From Candidatus Omnitrophota bacterium (GTDB lineage: Bacteria > Omnitrophota > Omnitrophia > Omnitrophales > Aquincolibacteriaceae), in assembly GCA_043821445.1 (NCBI GenBank), contig JBDRCT010000037.1, forward strand, positions 49,703-113,702: a stretch of DNA of 64,000 nt, read 5' to 3'. The translations under genes were made by a program, and so were the position numbers. How positions within the stretch are numbered: the stretch's first letter is position 1; each line of letters opens with the position of its first letter. The notes beneath the pieces are model-generated. The model saw only the letters and a program-made list of their open reading frames with translations. It was not told where the DNA came from and did no database searches. Positions 20,369 to 29,124 of this stretch are shown here, in pieces.

Positions 20369-20734
20369 TCAGCTGGCAGCTTTCAGTTTCTTTTTGAAGC
20401 CCGTTATCATTGCCGACAATTCGTCCGATCTTTCGAGAAGAGGATCCGATTCGTTTGACCTCAGGTACTCTAATCTTTTTGCGATCTCTAACCCGCACAT
20501 GACTTCGTGATTCGACCTATGTGCAATACTCAGGAATCTGTTAAATTCGTTATCAGAACCCGCGGCGCTACCTTCCGCGATATTTAAAGCCACAGAAGTT
20601 GCCGCTTGCCTTAATTGACTGGTTAAGCCATAAACTTCTTTTGCCGGGAATTTTTCCGTGACTCGATAGATCTCTTCAATGAGATCCATTGATTTGTTCC
20701 AAATCTCTAATTTCCTAAATTTCTGATTTTTCAC
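20369..20734 (-). CDS. Four-helix-bundle protein (23S rRNA IVS protein / Avd-like family)
   Basis: FRKLEIW, FP..EVYGLTSQLRQAATSVALNIAEG and FNRFLSIA signature. Confidence 0.92.
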   Translation of the reverse strand: MKNQKFRKLEIWNKSMDLIEEIYRVTEKFPAKEVYGLTSQLRQAATSVALNIAEGSAAGSDNEFNRFLSIAHRSNHEVMCGLEIAKRLEYLRSNESDPLLERSDELSAMITGFKKKLKAAS

Positions 20735-20736
20735 TT

Positions 20737-20820
20737 TCGAGCCCTCTGCTTTCAGCTATCAGTTTTTAGCCTAAAAGCTTTTGCCGATGGCTGTCGGCTG
20801 AAGGCTGATCGCTGACGTCT
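20737..20820. repeat. Heptamer hairpin (TCAGCNN / NNGCTGA) upstream of four-helix-bundle gene 1; its 3' arm is repeated at 20355-20390
   Basis: Minus strand reads TCAGCGA TCAGCCT TCAGCCG ACAGCCA ... AAACTGA TAGCTGA AAGCAGA. Confidence 0.85.
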
Positions 20821-20840
20821 GTAAGCTCACGCCCCACATC

Positions 20841-21227
20841 CTACGTCCCACGCTCCGGTGCATACTTCTCCAGGACCACTTTAAGCACTTCCGGATCGAT
20901 GGGTTTCTCCACATATTCATCTGCGCCGATCATCTTAGAAAACTTCTCATTCAGGTCCGGATAACCGGTCAAGATAACGACTTTCTCAGCCCTGTGGTTT
21001 TTCTTGATATGTTCGGCTATCTCCAGACCCGTAGGCCCCGGCATGTTCTCGTCCAAAAAAAGGATGTCGTAAGCTTTCTCTTTGATCGACCGCATGGCCT
21101 CTTCCCCGTCCAGAACATACTTCGCAGACGATACTTTGGTCTTCATAAACGGGCGCATCGCCCTTTGGAAAAGCTCCATATCCGTGGGAGAATCTTCGGC
21201 GACCAGGATCCGCATTTTCTTATTCAT
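20841..21227 (-). CDS. Single-domain response regulator
   Basis: ILVAEDS, LFLDENMP, LTG and EKP. Confidence 0.9.
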   Translation of the reverse strand: MNKKMRILVAEDSPTDMELFQRAMRPFMKTKVSSAKYVLDGEEAMRSIKEKAYDILFLDENMPGPTGLEIAEHIKKNHRAEKVVILTGYPDLNEKFSKMIGADEYVEKPIDPEVLKVVLEKYAPERGT

Positions 21228-21250
21228 ATCTTCTCCTAATGAACATTTTA

Positions 21251-21350
21251 AAATACTAAATCCGAAATTCTAAACAAATTTAAAACCCAAATTTCAAATT
21301 CAAACTTTTTTCAGATCTCGTCTTTTGAATTTATTTTGACTTTAGAGTTA
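21251..21350. repeat. AT-rich heptamer hairpin (AAATYCN-type / TTTGAAT-type arms)
   Basis: AAATACT AAATCCG AAATTCT ... AAATTTC AAATTCA ... TTTGAATTT..TTTAGAGTT. Confidence 0.65.
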
Positions 21351-21401
21351 AAAAAATGAGCCCTTTCATTTTTGAACAGCGGACAGTTTATTGATAAAAA
21401 C

Positions 21402-21818
21402 TCAGTACCAGCCAAGTTCGGCGATCATCGTGCTGAACTTTTCAAAATCGACCGGCTTCACGATGTAGCTGTTCGCTCCGAGCTCATAACTTGCGACCAA
21501 GTCGCTTTCTTCCTGAGAAGACGTCAGGATCACGACTGGGATGGACCGTGTCCTCTCATCCGCCTTGATCCTTTTCAGGACCTCCTTACCTTCCACCCTG
21601 GGAAGCTTCAGGTCGAGAATGATGATCTTAGGCGGCACCCTGATGTCCCGGTCCGAATAGATCCCTTTGCAAAATACGAAATCGAGCGCCGCGGCTCCGT
21701 CTGTGATCACATGGATTTTGTTTGTGAGATTCTTCTTTTTGAATGCCCGAAGTATAAGCTCGACGTCGTCCGGATTATCTTCTACCAACAGAATCTCGAC
21801 CAGTTCACCGTTTGTCAT
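21402..21818 (-). CDS. Rcp1-like single-domain response regulator, probably C-terminally truncated by TGA
   Basis: ILLVEDNPDD, LLDLKLP-like ILDLKLP, ILTSS and ANSYIVKP; ATG at 21818 after AAGGAG; frame continues 11 codons past the TGA to a second TGA at 21366. Confidence 0.88.
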   Translation of the reverse strand: MTNGELVEILLVEDNPDDVELILRAFKKKNLTNKIHVITDGAAALDFVFCKGIYSDRDIRVPPKIIILDLKLPRVEGKEVLKRIKADERTRSIPVVILTSSQEESDLVASYELGANSYIVKPVDFEKFSTMIAELGWY

Positions 21819-21906
21819 GCGAATCTCCTTTTTTCCATAGTTCACAGTTCGTTGTTATTGGTTCATTGATCATAGTTCAGCGTTGGTTGTTCATCGTTAA
21901 GTGTGT

Positions 21907-22260
21907 TCAGCAAATCAAAGCCCTCTTCAAGCCACTCAGCATCTTTGAAAGATCTGTTAGCCTATTTTCTAGATCTTTATATTTTTCTATTTGAAAATAA
22001 TTTTGTCTGGAAGCTATTTGCAAAATAGCTAGGCATTCATAAATGGAGCCACGAGACATGTCTATAAAGCGTGCAAAATCTTTCTTACTCCTCGCAGATC
22101 CCTCCGATATATTAGCCGCAATAGATACAGCCGCTCTTCTTAGTTGGCTGGTTAATCCGAACTGTTCATCTTTAGGAAAAGCCCTTGTTAAAACATAAAT
22201 TTCGTTCATAAACTCTAACGCTTTTTGGTAAACCTCTAACTTTTCGAATCCAAACCCCAT
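21907..22260 (-). CDS. Four-helix-bundle protein (23S rRNA IVS protein / Avd-like family)
   Basis: FEKLEVYQKA, FPKDEQFGLTSQLRRAAVSIAANISEG and FARFIDMSRGS. Confidence 0.92.
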   Translation of the reverse strand: MGFGFEKLEVYQKALEFMNEIYVLTRAFPKDEQFGLTSQLRRAAVSIAANISEGSARSKKDFARFIDMSRGSIYECLAILQIASRQNYFQIEKYKDLENRLTDLSKMLSGLKRALIC

Positions 22261-22275
22261 ATTTTCGCCTTCTTG

Positions 22276-22371
22276 CCTTGTTCCGTGTTTTGTGTTCGTG
22301 GTTCATTGTAACTACGAACTATGAACTACTCACTATTCACACAATAAACAACGAACTACCGACAATGAACG
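22276..22371. repeat. Heptamer hairpin (NGTTCRT / ACNAYGA) upstream of four-helix-bundle gene 2; its 3' arm is repeated at 21836-21910
   Basis: Minus strand reads CGTTCAT TGTCGGT AGTTCGT TGTTTAT ... AGTTCAT AGTTCGT, then ACAATGA ACCACGA ACACAAA ACACGGA. Confidence 0.85.
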
Positions 22372-24927
22372 TCACCTCGGAAGCGTGAAATAAAATGTTG
22401 CCCCTTGACCGACCTCACCCTCCGCCCACACCCTGCCTCCGTGGCGCAAGACGGCACTTTTAACGATCGCAAGACCTATCCCGGTGCCTTTGAACTCGTC
22501 CTGCGTATGAATTCTCTGGAAGATCCCAAAAAGCTTATCTGCGTACTTCATGTCGAATCCCACCCCGTTATCCTTGACGTAATAAACACGTTCTCCCTCC
22601 TTATCGTAACTCCCGATCTCGATCACGGCCTTTTTTTGGCGAGCGGTGAATTTTATCGCATTCAAAATGAGGTTCGTGAATATTTGCCTGACAAGCATCA
22701 AGTCCGCTCGGACGGCCGGTAACGGCTTTACGACCACGTCAATGGCCCTGTCGGCAGGGGCCCCCACTTTCAACTCTTGCTCTATAGAACATACAAGCGT
22801 CGTCAAGTCGATATCGACCAACTGAATCGCGATTCTTCCAAAGTGAGCGAGTTTGAGAAGATCCTCGATCATCATTCCCATATTTCTCACGTTGTCGTTG
22901 ATAACGCCGATCACGCGCCGGCCATTATCATCGAGCTTAGAAGCATAATCCTCGAAGAGAATACCCGCGAACCCCCCTATCGCTCTGAGCGGGGCCTTCA
23001 GATCGTGCGCGACCGAATAGCTAAAAGCATCCAGCTCTTTGACCGCTGCGGTAAGATCCGCCGTGCGCAATCTGACGCGATCTTCAAGCTCTATATTGAT
23101 CTGCCGGATCTTCTCCTCCATCTTCTTACGGTCGGTGATATCACGGGCAAAACTGTTGATCTCCTTGACCTCGCCGGAGTCATCGAAATACAAGTTGATA
23201 TCCCAAAGCATATCAAAAACCTGGCCGCTCTTATGGACTTGACGATTCTCAAAGCTGATCCGTTTCTCTTTGCCCGTGACCCAACCTTCAAAAGCCTTCT
23301 TTGTCCTTTCTCGGTCATCCGGATGAATAAAGTCAAACGCCGACCGGCCGGCGCATTCTTTGGGTTTGATGCCGAAAAATCTTTCCGCGCTATGATTCAC
23401 AAAGGAAAAACGGCCTTCTTTGTCCACAATGGTGATCAGATCGTCGGTCCCTTCCACTAGATCGCGGTAGCGTTCATTGGCCAGGCGTAAGGTCTCTTCC
23501 GTCCGTTTGCGTTCGGTGATGTCGGTCAAGATACAATGGGTTTGCCTGAACGTCCCGTCCGGCTTATATCCGATACGCCCCTCAAAGACAATGAACCGTC
23601 TGTCGCCGTTCTTATGAAGCATTTGAAATTCGGAATGTATTTTCCCGTCTTTTTTAAAAAGGGGAAAACGTTCGCGAAAGGCGTCCACGAATTCAGGGGC
23701 CAGAAAATCACCGAACCACTTCCCCACGACTTCTTCGCGACGGTAACCAAGCGTCTCGATCCATATTTGATTCACATCAAGAAAGCGGCCCTCTTCATCC
23801 AGGGACTGGTAACCCACCGGCGCGTATTCGAAAAGAGAGCGATAGCGCGCCTCGTTCTCCCCCAGTATCTTATCCGACCGTGCTTTTTCTGCCCTGCGCC
23901 GGATCCGGTAATGGTAGGCGATCGCTCCTGCGACACCCAGGATCATCATGAAAACAAGCCCAAAGATCACAAAAGCGCGAAAGCGAAGTTCCGCTAGTAT
24001 TTCCGCAGTATCTACCTTGCTCACGAGATGCCAGGGGGTCCCCGGGACCGGACGAAGATCAGCCAACACCTCCGTCCCGCGATAATCCGAACCGAGGAAT
24101 GCGCCTATCCTGCCCTTCGCTGCCTGAACCGCCGGGAGATCGGTCTTAGAAAATGGAAAGCTTAAAACAAGGGCTGTATTCTCGTGGTGCCTCAAATCGT
24201 TCAAGAAGATCGCACTATCCCCGTTTCTCCGGATCAGAAGCGTTTCCGCACTGCGATTCGGTACCGGCCAACTCTGGATCATCGGAAAAAGGTATTCTTC
24301 CGCATAGGAAGAAAGGACGGCCACGGCCAGCACTTTTCCTGTAGTGTCCAACACAGAGGCTGCGATATTTTGATAGATCTTTCCGGATGCTGTTCGGGTC
24401 AATTCGCCTATGACCGGCACAGGACTTTTCAAAGCAAGATCCACCACCTCCCAGTCCTCTGTTCGTATTTCAACGGGATCAGGCTCGGAAAAAAGAACAC
24501 GGTGGGCGGAATCCGTTATGAATGCCCGAAAATAAAAATCAGACTTAACCTCGACCTCCAACCTCTGTTGCAAAATCTTTTTAACATCAGCGTCGTCAGG
24601 CCCGGAGATCCATTGCTCGAACACAAAAGCCAGGGCTGAAGATCCGAAAAGGCGGGAGATGTCGTTTATCCGCTCTTTTCGCCAACGCAGGATCTGATCC
24701 ACCTTCATTTGTCCGATGGCCGCGAGCTCATTGGATTTTTCCGTTTTGATCCGGCTCGCCTCGGCCTCGTAATAAAGGAAACCGAAAACGACGAGGATGG
24801 CCGCCACCAAACAGAAGAGCGCGACTCCGCGCCACGGAAGAACGAAAGACCTTTCACCGGTCGCGGCCGGGAGCTCCGCTCCTTCGCGGTCCCCTTTACT
24901 TTTTTCCGTCTTTTTTTCCAGGTTCAT
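22372..24927 (-). CDS. Membrane sensor histidine kinase with two PAS domains
   Basis: Sensor domain paralogous to 12506-15820; H-box AHDLKAPL; DNGVGF and GTGIGL. Confidence 0.93.
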   Translation of the reverse strand: MNLEKKTEKSKGDREGAELPAATGERSFVLPWRGVALFCLVAAILVVFGFLYYEAEASRIKTEKSNELAAIGQMKVDQILRWRKERINDISRLFGSSALAFVFEQWISGPDDADVKKILQQRLEVEVKSDFYFRAFITDSAHRVLFSEPDPVEIRTEDWEVVDLALKSPVPVIGELTRTASGKIYQNIAASVLDTTGKVLAVAVLSSYAEEYLFPMIQSWPVPNRSAETLLIRRNGDSAIFLNDLRHHENTALVLSFPFSKTDLPAVQAAKGRIGAFLGSDYRGTEVLADLRPVPGTPWHLVSKVDTAEILAELRFRAFVIFGLVFMMILGVAGAIAYHYRIRRRAEKARSDKILGENEARYRSLFEYAPVGYQSLDEEGRFLDVNQIWIETLGYRREEVVGKWFGDFLAPEFVDAFRERFPLFKKDGKIHSEFQMLHKNGDRRFIVFEGRIGYKPDGTFRQTHCILTDITERKRTEETLRLANERYRDLVEGTDDLITIVDKEGRFSFVNHSAERFFGIKPKECAGRSAFDFIHPDDRERTKKAFEGWVTGKEKRISFENRQVHKSGQVFDMLWDINLYFDDSGEVKEINSFARDITDRKKMEEKIRQINIELEDRVRLRTADLTAAVKELDAFSYSVAHDLKAPLRAIGGFAGILFEDYASKLDDNGRRVIGVINDNVRNMGMMIEDLLKLAHFGRIAIQLVDIDLTTLVCSIEQELKVGAPADRAIDVVVKPLPAVRADLMLVRQIFTNLILNAIKFTARQKKAVIEIGSYDKEGERVYYVKDNGVGFDMKYADKLFGIFQRIHTQDEFKGTGIGLAIVKSAVLRHGGRVWAEGEVGQGATFYFTLPR

Positions 24928-24962
24928 ATGAGGTCGGAGTCCAAGGTTCCCAGTGCTCTGAG

Positions 24963-25054
24963 GTGTCAGAGTATCAGAGTGTCAGGGGGTCAGAGTTGAC
25001 ACGCTGACACTATGACACTCGTTCGCCTCTGGCGAACGATGACACTTTGATACT
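24963..25054. repeat. 92-bp octamer-periodic hairpin, right copy of the direct repeat, with nested CGTTCGCCTCTGGCGAACG
   Basis: Same length and orientation as 11992-12083. Confidence 0.85.
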
Positions 25055-25145
25055 CTTGCGCTTTGGCACTTAAAAATTTGAGTTTGCTTTTTGATGTTCT
25101 TCAGGCGGGCCGCCCCGCAATAGCGGGCGAGCCTCATCCTGTTCT

Positions 25146-26795
25146 TCAGGCGGGTTCTCCCCAGAGGAACCCCTGTCCGTACGGAACGCCTAATTCTTTG
25201 AGCGTCTCCAGATCCTCCCGGCTCTCGATCCCCTCGGCAATGATCCGGGCATGAAGACTTTCCACAACGGCCAGAAGCCTCCGGAGCATTTCTTTTTGGT
25301 TTTTATCATGGCTGATATTCTGTACAAGCCGCTTGTCGAGCTTGATCACGTCGGGCTGAAGGAGGATCAGGCTCTCAAGACAGCTGCGGCCGAAACCCAC
25401 GTCGTCGATCGCGACGCCGATCTTTCTTTTTTTGAGTTCCTGGACCACGCGGACAAGATAAGAGGGATCGCCCAGGATCTGTTGCTCGCTGACTTCGACG
25501 CAATAAGCGCCGCAAAGTCTGGCCGGCGGAAAGAGCCTTGAAAATTGTTCGCTCCGGAGTCCCGCCATGGTCGACGGGAAAAGATTCACATGTTTTTCGG
25601 ACGCCGGAGAGACGCCTTGCGCGGCCACGAGCGCGATCTCGAGACACCGCTCGTCCACCATGGAAAGGATGTTATTCTCCATGCTGAAACCGAAGAATTC
25701 GTCCGGCATTTCAAAGCCGCCGATATCGGTGCGTGTAAGAAACTCATAGCCGACCGTTTTTTCCGTGAAAAGATCCAGGATCGGCTGTTTGACCGACCGG
25801 AAACAGGTACCGGAGCGGAGCGTGTCCGCCACACTGTCCGATCTCGGTTCCCAACCTTCCCCCGCGCTCACCTTATTTTTTCCCGATTGTTTACTTTTCG
25901 CCAAGGCCGCATGGGTCTCCTCCAAGAGCGAATCGATCGAAACCATTCGTTTATTTACACTCATGACGCCCAGACTGGCCGTGACCTTGACCGTCTCTCC
26001 TCCGGCCACCACGAAAGGCGTTTGGCTGATCGCGACCCTTATCCGCTCGGAAAAGTGGATGCCCTCGGCCAAACGGGTGTTCGGCAGAAGGACAATGAAC
26101 TCATCCCCGCCTACGCGGGATACGTAATCGGCGGCGCGCACCGTGCGCTTCAGGATCTTTGAGAGCTCCTGAAGAACGATGTCGCCGACCGCGTGGCCGA
26201 ACGTGTCGTTGATGGGTTTGAAGTTATCCAGGTCCAGAAGGATCACGGAAAGATTCGTGCCCTCGCGGCCTGAGATCTCCATTTCGCGGGAAAGCATCCG
26301 TTGGAGACCGCGACGATTGAGCAACTGGGTTAGGGGATCCAGAAAGGAAAGTTTCTCGAGGTGCTCGTTCAGCTCTTCGATCCGTTGTTTCTGATGTTGC
26401 CGTTCCAAAGCATACGAGAGGATCCTGGCGAGCATTCCCGCGCGGACTTCCCCCTTCACCACATAATCCTGGGCCCCTTTTTTGACCGCTTCAAGCGATA
26501 GGGCCTCGTCATCGGTGCCGCTTAAAATGACGCAGGCGATCCCGGGATAAGCCCCGGCGATCTTCTCGAAAGTGGCCAGGCCCTGGCTGTCGGGAAGTCC
26601 CAGATCAAGAAGGATCAGCTGGAATGTTTCTTCCCCGAGCATTTTGAGAGCGGACTCAAGCGTGTGCGCCGTTTCGACCTCAAATGGGGTTCGTTTTTCG
26701 CTCCGTAGGGAGATCTGAGAAATCCTCGTAAAATCAGTGTCGTCGTCCACCAGGAGCATCCTTACCGGAGATGCCGTACGCCTTTCTTCCTCCAA
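25146..26795 (-). CDS. REC-GGDEF-EAL diguanylate cyclase/phosphodiesterase
   Basis: REC motif LLDLGLPD; RAAD I-site and GGDEF; EAL-like EFLTR, DDVGFG, IKLDK and AEGIE. Confidence 0.93.
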   Translation of the reverse strand: MEEERRTASPVRMLLVDDDTDFTRISQISLRSEKRTPFEVETAHTLESALKMLGEETFQLILLDLGLPDSQGLATFEKIAGAYPGIACVILSGTDDEALSLEAVKKGAQDYVVKGEVRAGMLARILSYALERQHQKQRIEELNEHLEKLSFLDPLTQLLNRRGLQRMLSREMEISGREGTNLSVILLDLDNFKPINDTFGHAVGDIVLQELSKILKRTVRAADYVSRVGGDEFIVLLPNTRLAEGIHFSERIRVAISQTPFVVAGGETVKVTASLGVMSVNKRMVSIDSLLEETHAALAKSKQSGKNKVSAGEGWEPRSDSVADTLRSGTCFRSVKQPILDLFTEKTVGYEFLTRTDIGGFEMPDEFFGFSMENNILSMVDERCLEIALVAAQGVSPASEKHVNLFPSTMAGLRSEQFSRLFPPARLCGAYCVEVSEQQILGDPSYLVRVVQELKKRKIGVAIDDVGFGRSCLESLILLQPDVIKLDKRLVQNISHDKNQKEMLRRLLAVVESLHARIIAEGIESREDLETLKELGVPYGQGFLWGEPA

Positions 26796-26928
26796 AGAAT
26801 ATCGCCCCCTTTCTCTCGTCCTGGTCTTTATTTTAGACCCTTTAAAATACAGGGTAAAGGGAAGTTTTGCCTGGGTTTTTGCCTGGATTTCCGTGGGGTC
26901 TATTTTGGGTATGCCAAGAAAGGCGGTT

Positions 26929-27525
26929 TTAAAACGTCAGGTCGATCAGAAAAAGAGCCCCGAGAAGAACGCCTTTTTCCGTCGTGTCGGCGGCAAACGG
27001 GAATACGATACCGAAGTGATCTTTCCGCGATATTCCCTCTTCTACGAGCGGGGTCGGCCGCTTGCTGATCCTCCCCACGGCAACGATGCCCTTAACGGTG
27101 CCCTTCAGGATATGAAAGGTCTCCAGGTCCTCGGGGCGGCCTTCAATGCCGTAAAGGACCTTCCCTCCGGCATCCAGCGTCTGAAATTGTATTTTTATTT
27201 TCGAGGACCCTTGTTTCCGGACGGAACCGAGCAGATTCTCGGATGCATCAAAGATCTCCAATTTATCCGCAAACAGCCCGACGTGTTTCTTGAAATAAAG
27301 AACTTCCTCCCCTTTCTTGTTGAGAAGATAAATCGCAAAGGCCTTCGGTTGGCGCAAAACGGCCCAGTCCGGACCTTTATCGCCCTCTAGGGCCGCGTAA
27401 TAAACTTCCTCTTCCGAGATGTCCGAAAGACAGCAAAGGGGCTGGAGCTTCCAATTCTCCGGCATCTCGGAGTATTTTTTCTTTTCGCGCAGGCTCAGCG
27501 AATCAAGGGATTCTAATTGCTCCAT
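26929..27525 (-). CDS. Phospholipid scramblase / LURP-one-like protein
   Basis: Beta-rich tubby-like pattern ending DHFGIVFP..EKGVLLGALFLID. Confidence 0.6.
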   Translation of the reverse strand: MEQLESLDSLSLREKKKYSEMPENWKLQPLCCLSDISEEEVYYAALEGDKGPDWAVLRQPKAFAIYLLNKKGEEVLYFKKHVGLFADKLEIFDASENLLGSVRKQGSSKIKIQFQTLDAGGKVLYGIEGRPEDLETFHILKGTVKGIVAVGRISKRPTPLVEEGISRKDHFGIVFPFAADTTEKGVLLGALFLIDLTF

Positions 27526-27531
27526 AAGTTC

Positions 27532-28155
27532 CTAGGAGAGTGGCGGGACCTGCGGAAAATCGATCGCCGTATCCGCCACGTGGTTGACATAATTGGTAAA
27601 GAGATTAAGCGAAACGGCCGTGATGATCTCGAGGACCTCTTCGTCCGAACAACCCGCCTTACGGACTTCCGCCCAGGCCGCATCCGTGATGTTTCCCCGG
27701 TTCGCCGAAAGCCTTTGGGCGAACTTGAGGATCGCGTCCGTCTTAGGGTTCGGGGACCGGGCCCGGCGGCCTCCCTCGATCTCTTCCGGTGTAAGTCCCG
27801 CGTGCTTTCCGATTGCCGAATGCGCCGCGACGCAATAATGACATTGATTGTCCTCTCCCACGGCAAGCGCGATCTGTTCCCGGACCTTAAGCGGCAGCTT
27901 GGCGTCGGCAAAAGCACCGCTCAGGCCCAGATAGGCCTGAAGCGCCGCGGGCGAATGGGCCATGGTCTTCAAAATATTTGAGACCCGTCCCGACTTGCCC
28001 TGGCCTCCTTTTTCTTCTGAATCAAGGTTGCCAGGACTAGTCCCATTAACCCTTGATCCTTTTGATGGAGAATGGGACTTGGCCTTGATCGCGGCCAGGA
28101 GTTCCTGGGTCTTGCCCTGCGCTTTTTCGGGATCCAACGGTTGTATGCGGCTCAT
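27532..28155 (-). CDS. AhpD/carboxymuconolactone decarboxylase-family peroxidase-related protein
   Basis: REQIALAV..NQCHYCVAAH and NLFTNYVNH; ATG at 28155 after AGGAG. Confidence 0.88.
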   Translation of the reverse strand: MSRIQPLDPEKAQGKTQELLAAIKAKSHSPSKGSRVNGTSPGNLDSEEKGGQGKSGRVSNILKTMAHSPAALQAYLGLSGAFADAKLPLKVREQIALAVGEDNQCHYCVAAHSAIGKHAGLTPEEIEGGRRARSPNPKTDAILKFAQRLSANRGNITDAAWAEVRKAGCSDEEVLEIITAVSLNLFTNYVNHVADTAIDFPQVPPLS

Positions 28156-28184
28156 AAAATTTTCTCCTGGGTGTGGGGTGCGCG

Positions 28185-29015
28185 CTACCGCATCCTGAGA
28201 TAGTGACGGGTCAGTGCGATCAGGAAAAGCGGTGTGAGTAAAATCCCCGAGAGGGCTTCGACCGCCGCGACGCCGCGGACCCAGCCCATCGGAAGATAAT
28301 CCCCATACCCCACGGTCGTGTAAGTCATAATGCTCAGATAAAACGATTCGAAAAGATCGATCTTCTGAACAAAACTTCCGGTCAGGACCGTTCCGGACAT
28401 ATGATAACAAAGCGCGCTCAGGATGATCACGGTGCAGGCGATCATGAAGGTGCGGAACGGCAGTTCCCCGTAACCCCAGATCAGACGGTTCAGAGAACCG
28501 AAAAACCAGCTAAAAAAAGTCCGGACCCTTCCTTTCCGGGAGGCCCGTTCGAGACCGACCGCTTCCGGAAGACTTGTCTTCGTTTGCGTGAAAGTTCTCC
28601 ATAAACGCACGAGCCGGGCGTCCTTGGCGCGTTGGTAGCAATAGGAAAATTTCGTGAAATCCCCCTCTTTTTCATAGAGGAGCGCGGCTTCGCTGAAGAG
28701 CGTTTCCGCGTAAGCATGGTCTTGAGCCACGAGGGCCTGGATCGCGGCGGATTCATTGCGCGTCGCGGCGTTACGGAGCGGCTGCCAGCCGGTGTGAATA
28801 TTCCAGCATGTCGCGGCGGAGGAAAAACAGACTGCGGCTTTGAGGGGTTCGTTCGCCTCCTGAAAAAGCTTGGCCGCCCGGTCAAAGGTCTGGAACGCCT
28901 GGTCGATCTTGCTTTCGCCGCGAAGGCGGTGCGCCTCGCGCTCCAGAGCGATCGCTTGCTCGATCTTGCTGGTGGCTGCGGCTGACTCCGCATGAAGAAG
29001 CGTTTTCGGATCCAC
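28185..29015 (-). CDS. Potassium channel family protein with helical-repeat N-terminus
   Basis: Selectivity filter TTVGYGD flanked by two TM helices; WGYGE motif; GTG start. Confidence 0.85.
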   Translation of the reverse strand: MDPKTLLHAESAAATSKIEQAIALEREAHRLRGESKIDQAFQTFDRAAKLFQEANEPLKAAVCFSSAATCWNIHTGWQPLRNAATRNESAAIQALVAQDHAYAETLFSEAALLYEKEGDFTKFSYCYQRAKDARLVRLWRTFTQTKTSLPEAVGLERASRKGRVRTFFSWFFGSLNRLIWGYGELPFRTFMIACTVIILSALCYHMSGTVLTGSFVQKIDLFESFYLSIMTYTTVGYGDYLPMGWVRGVAAVEALSGILLTPLFLIALTRHYLRMR

Positions 29016-29124
29016 CCCGTTAGATCTCCTATACCCTCGGAAGAGTTCTCTTCTTAATTAAAAAGACCAACCCGTCTTACCTCGGAAACCTCTCCTCCCA
29101 ATTGCATCAGAGATCTAACGGGGT
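29014..29124. repeat. ACCCCGTTAGATCTC...GAGATCTAACGGGGT inverted-repeat element at the K+ channel start codon
   Basis: Perfect 15-bp inverted repeat at 29014-29028 and 29110-29124. Confidence 0.85.

Noticed and set aside
21402-21404. Genome-wide TGA recoding
   Set aside because: TGA is the evident stop of many conserved genes here (nuoB, nuoD, nuoM, cusA, glgA), and Trp is encoded by TGG elsewhere.
11992-22371. CRISPR array
   Set aside because: The repeats are degenerate tandem 6-8-mers without unique 30-40 nt spacers, and no cas genes are present.
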